Assembly: GCA_023664345.1 (NCBI GenBank)
Contig: JAMPFQ010000001.1
Span: 114,482 to 178,481, forward strand
Origin: Lachnospiraceae bacterium
Lineage (GTDB): Bacteria > Bacillota > Clostridia > Lachnospirales > Lachnospiraceae
Reading direction: 5' to 3'
DNA: 64,000 nt
Part shown: in pieces, positions 61,060 through 64,000 of the stretch
Layout: every line of letters starts with the position of its first letter
Position numbering within the stretch: position 1 is the first letter of the stretch
Notes under the pieces: model-generated
Database searches by the model: none
The model's input: the letters and a program-made list of their open reading frames with translations, nothing else
Told to the model about the DNA's origin: nothing
Position numbers and translations under genes: made by a program

Positions 61060-62211
61060 TTAAAATAATTCTTCCAGATCATCCTCATCGATGTCCTGGC
61101 TGATTCCCTCGCCGCGTCCGTTGATGGTGACGCTCCTGCCCCTGCCGCCGCGGTGACCACCGCGGTTCCCCGATGTTCTGGAAGAACCGGAATACCTCGT
61201 GCCCGTGCGTTCCGTGACTACGCTCCTGCCGGATCCATTCCGTGCCGGCTGGGACATCCTGGTCTGGGAATTGATCTTTTTCACTGTCTTTGTGGACATG
61301 GATACCGTCATTTTAGGAACGGCTTTCACATAATAATAATACTCGTCGTCCTCAAACTGTACTTTCTCCGTGCGGCTGTAGTCCACGCAGAACCGGAAGA
61401 ACTCTATCAGCTTTCCCGCTGCCAGCGCCAACAGGGAACCCAGCAGCACGCTGACAACGGAAAGATTGGTATCATACAGCAGATCGCCGATCAGCAGGAT
61501 CACGATATCCGTTATCACGCCCGCCACCATGGCGATCGTCCATGAATGATCCACGGACATCCTGCGGATCAGATATACCACCATTATGGTAATGGCAAAA
61601 GCCGCTATCATCACGATCATAGCCTTATTGCCCAGAATGGCATCGATCACCAGCCGCAGCTTTGCCGTTGTCTCTTCCTCTCCCATGGCATTGATGGTAG
61701 GAGCGCTGCCGACCACCGTATCCAGCAGATAATAAACACAGATGCCGCACCCCACGGATATGATGGAGATTGGCCCGCAGACCAGCCCCACCGCCAGCGG
61801 GACCACCAAGGGTACTTTCATCACACAGAGCAGCGGCGTCAGGACCACCACCACCGAATCCTTCGGTGTGAAACGGAAGAAGAGCAGGAACATCACAAGA
61901 TACACGCACAGCCCAACCAGCGCCGCCTCCATGGATAAAGCATAGATATGCAGCAGGCTGAACAATGCGGCAAACAAAACAATACAGCCATTAGGCAGGA
62001 AAGAGCACATCAACGACACGATCAGCACGATGGCCATATTGTCAAGCCTGGTCATGTATCCCAGTTTCCCGTTTAAAGTCAGCAGCACGACAAATGTCAG
62101 CAGAAACTTCATAAACGGTATGAGGATAAACTCCGTCTTAATGTAGATCCGCTTTATTTTTTCTCTGAATTCAAGTAAACCAGTCATTCTGTCCTCCAGC
62201 TGAACTCCCAA
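61060..62211 (-). CDS. hypothetical polytopic membrane protein with an Arg/Gly-rich disordered C-terminal tail
   Basis: About 8 TM segments. The tail reads ...SGNRGGHRGGRGRSVTINGRGEG... and ends acidic. Confidence 0.35.
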   Translation of the reverse strand: MGVQLEDRMTGLLEFREKIKRIYIKTEFILIPFMKFLLTFVVLLTLNGKLGYMTRLDNMAIVLIVSLMCSFLPNGCIVLFAALFSLLHIYALSMEAALVGLCVYLVMFLLFFRFTPKDSVVVVLTPLLCVMKVPLVVPLAVGLVCGPISIISVGCGICVYYLLDTVVGSAPTINAMGEEETTAKLRLVIDAILGNKAMIVMIAAFAITIMVVYLIRRMSVDHSWTIAMVAGVITDIVILLIGDLLYDTNLSVVSVLLGSLLALAAGKLIEFFRFCVDYSRTEKVQFEDDEYYYYVKAVPKMTVSMSTKTVKKINSQTRMSQPARNGSGRSVVTERTGTRYSGSSRTSGNRGGHRGGRGRSVTINGRGEGISQDIDEDDLEELF

Positions 62212-62227
62212 AGTTCTTTTCCCACTG

Positions 62228-62614
62228 TCACTCGCGGTACATGGAATTCAGCTTCTTTAAATTATGATAGTAGCGCTTCAGGCTCCTCTTGACCCTGGCG
62301 TACCGATAGGTGCAGGCAACATAAGTGATCACGCCGTAAGCCACTACTGTCACGCCGTACCGGATCAGCACATCCCGGGCAAAAGCTATCAGATCCATTT
62401 TATACAGATCCTGCATGAAATTTTCAAAATCATAAAAGATATACACAGCAAACACCAGCGCAAAAGCAATGGTCGAACTGACAATGGATTTCAAGACCTG
62501 GACAGCGATATAATCGCTGCGGAAAAAATGGTCGATCTTGATATTCTTTTTGCCTTCCCTTTCCTCATACGCTGCCAGCTGCGTCATCAAAATGATACGT
62601 TCTTCATTCAACAT
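62228..62614 (-). CDS. small hypothetical membrane protein (128 aa)
   Basis: Two TM helices. It lies 16 nt upstream of the larger membrane-protein gene. Confidence 0.3.
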   Translation of the reverse strand: MLNEERIILMTQLAAYEEREGKKNIKIDHFFRSDYIAVQVLKSIVSSTIAFALVFAVYIFYDFENFMQDLYKMDLIAFARDVLIRYGVTVVAYGVITYVACTYRYARVKRSLKRYYHNLKKLNSMYRE

Positions 62615-62635
62615 GAAAAGCCTCCATGACGACTC

Positions 62636-63043
62636 TTATAAGAATCTCATCTTGGGATTATCCTTATCCGGCTTCTTCTTCAGTTCAGGCTGCTTGGGCG
62701 CATTGGCGTCAAGCAGGCTCTGGAAGCCCTGAGTCATGCTGTTGGTGCACTTGTCGCAGAACCGACCGCTCCTGATGAAAGCGCCGCAGTTCTCGCAGGT
62801 CAGCTGGATAGGGGAATCCTCTGTCACTTCCAGACGTTCCTCCCGCAGCCACTGATGGATCTGGCCAACTTCCACATCGCACTCCTCCGCGACCTCGTTG
62901 ATCCCGGCGCCCTTATGGTTCCGTATGTATTCCTTCACTTCCTGGAACTTTTCTTCCTGCTTCTCACGACAGCTGGGGCAGATATGGGGTCCCGCAATAT
63001 AGTTGAAGATACGCCCACAATTCCTACAATTCCTTACGTTCAT
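62636..63043 (-). CDS. zinc-ribbon protein of the YvyF/TIGR03826 family
   Basis: MNVRNCRNCGRIFNYIAGPHICPSCREKQEEKFQEVKEYIRNHKGAGINEVAEE resembles YvyF. It sits directly downstream of comFC, as yvyF does in Bacillus. Confidence 0.45.
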   Translation of the reverse strand: MNVRNCRNCGRIFNYIAGPHICPSCREKQEEKFQEVKEYIRNHKGAGINEVAEECDVEVGQIHQWLREERLEVTEDSPIQLTCENCGAFIRSGRFCDKCTNSMTQGFQSLLDANAPKQPELKKKPDKDNPKMRFL

Positions 63044-63060
63044 AGCATCCTTCCTTTCCA

Positions 63061-63771
63061 CTACAGGCCCGCTCCGCAGGCCAGCGTGATAAAATAGATC
63101 TTCTGCACGCCGACGGCTTTCAAGACTCTTGCAGCCTCATCAATGGTGCTGCCGGTAGTATAGATATCATCAATAATTACAGTTGTATTTAATTTTACAT
63201 CATTTTCACCTATATTAAAAGCCTTTTTCAAATTATTTTGCCGTTCGGATGGATTTTGCAGTTTCAACGGGGCAGTATTCTTCACCCTGACCAGCAATCT
63301 CTCGTTGACTGGCACCCCGGAATAGCGCCCCACAGCCCGCGCCAGCAGCGCAGCCTGGTTATAGCCTCTTTTTGCCAGGCGCTTTTTGTGCAGAGGTATA
63401 GGGATCAGCGCGTCCGGCTTGACTTCCCGGATAAAGTCCCCCAGATACCTGACGATCTCCTCGCCGAAAAAGTCCGCGTATTCCTGCCGCCTCCCATATT
63501 TAAAACGGTAAATGGAAGCAGCGGCGCTCCTGTACTCATAGAGTGCCCTTCCCCGCGTGAATTCATGCTTTTTATTTCTGCAATCCATGCAGAATTCCCC
63601 GTCCTCCGTCAGTTTCTTTCCGCAGCGCATGCACCATGGCGGCGTCAGAAGCTTTAATCTTCCCATGCACTCCGTACAGATCTTCTCCCCACCGGGCCGG
63701 ACGATCTTGTCACAGACCGGGCATCTCAACGGGAAAAGCAGCTGGAGGATATATTTTATCGGTCTCATCAT
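63061..63771 (-). CDS. comFC: ComF-family protein (ComFC-like PRTase-domain competence protein)
   Basis: The N-terminal double zinc-ribbon (CPVC...CTEC...CMRCG...CMDC) and C-terminal PRTase motif VIIDDIYTTGST. Confidence 0.75.
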   Translation of the reverse strand: MMRPIKYILQLLFPLRCPVCDKIVRPGGEKICTECMGRLKLLTPPWCMRCGKKLTEDGEFCMDCRNKKHEFTRGRALYEYRSAAASIYRFKYGRRQEYADFFGEEIVRYLGDFIREVKPDALIPIPLHKKRLAKRGYNQAALLARAVGRYSGVPVNERLLVRVKNTAPLKLQNPSERQNNLKKAFNIGENDVKLNTTVIIDDIYTTGSTIDEAARVLKAVGVQKIYFITLACGAGL

Positions 63772-64000
63772 TCCTGCATTCCCCCCGGGCACATTTCCAG
63801 GATCCTGTCCCGCAGCGCCGTATAACGCCTGTTATCACTGACATTGTCCACCATCCCCCGCACCGTGCTGCTGCTTCCCAGTATCGTGACGCAGTTCCTC
63901 GCCCTGGTGATCCCCGTATAGAGCAGGTTCCTGTTGAACAGCATCCTGGGGCCGGACAGCAGCGGCAGGATCACCGCAGGATATTCACTGCCTTGAGATT
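63768..64000 (-). CDS. C-terminal end of an SF1 (RecD/ComFA-context) helicase, 5' part outside the window
   Basis: ...LLYTGITRARNCVTILGS... is a helicase motif VI-like (YTAxTRAK) segment. The frame stays open to the window edge. Confidence 0.35.
   Translation of the reverse strand, partial: SQGSEYPAVILPLLSGPRMLFNRNLLYTGITRARNCVTILGSSSTVRGMVDNVSDNRRYTALRDRILEMCPGGMQE

Noticed and set aside
1-64000. Search for CRISPR arrays, tRNA/rRNA genes, integrase or IS transposase ORFs
   Set aside because: I found no regularly spaced direct repeats, no cloverleaf-like conserved tRNA sequence and no tyrosine/serine recombinase or DDE transposase motif. The only mobile-element-like gene is the Rpn-family protein.

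Overview
The window appears to be a Clostridia-type Firmicutes chromosome segment in which almost every gene is on the minus strand. It has two compositionally distinct parts. (A) 1-30.5 kb is very AT-rich, judged by eye at roughly one-third GC. It is a surface-glycan locus centred on a nonulosonic-acid pathway of legionaminic/pseudaminic type: a CBS-domain nucleotidyltransferase, an NAD-dependent dehydratase, a DegT aminotransferase, a NeuD/PglD acyltransferase, a NeuB-like synthase and a CMP-transferase. An unusual acyl-ACP tailoring module lies downstream of it: an AMP-ligase, an ACP, an AAC(3)-like acyltransferase, a cyclase-family hydrolase, a formyltransferase and a DmpG-like aldolase. 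The same part holds a MurJ-like flippase, Wzy-like polymerases, a GT4, a PIG-L deacetylase, a second formyltransferase, a PglC-like initiating phosphoglycosyltransferase, a PglD-like acetyltransferase and an ATP-grasp-HAD fusion. It also holds a roughly 5-kb stretch of decayed genes (17.9-22.9 kb) and two G10 homopolymer tracts. (B) 30.6-64 kb is higher-GC, roughly 50-58%. It carries a PglE-like aminotransferase and then a 5.8-kb lower-GC island at 32.0-37.8 kb. The island has an Rpn-family PD-(D/E)XK putative transposase and a tightly coupled three-gene operon of unknown function: a membrane protein, a 576-aa protein whose N-terminus resembles a PRTase, and a Cys-rich protein. This operon is the best candidate for an undescribed system. 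After the island come a PglF/CapD-like dehydratase and a second EPS locus with GT2/GT4 enzymes, an EpsG polymerase, a Wzz-like protein, a WbaP-type PGT and a GtrB-like/GT-C pair. A stand-alone Spo0A C-domain protein follows. The window ends with housekeeping genes: a DUF3048 lipoprotein, leuA, an HPr-like gene, glmM-cdaR-cdaA, comFC and a yvyF-like gene. I found no rRNA, tRNA or CRISPR. All functional calls rest on motif recognition by eye from the supplied translations; no searches were run.
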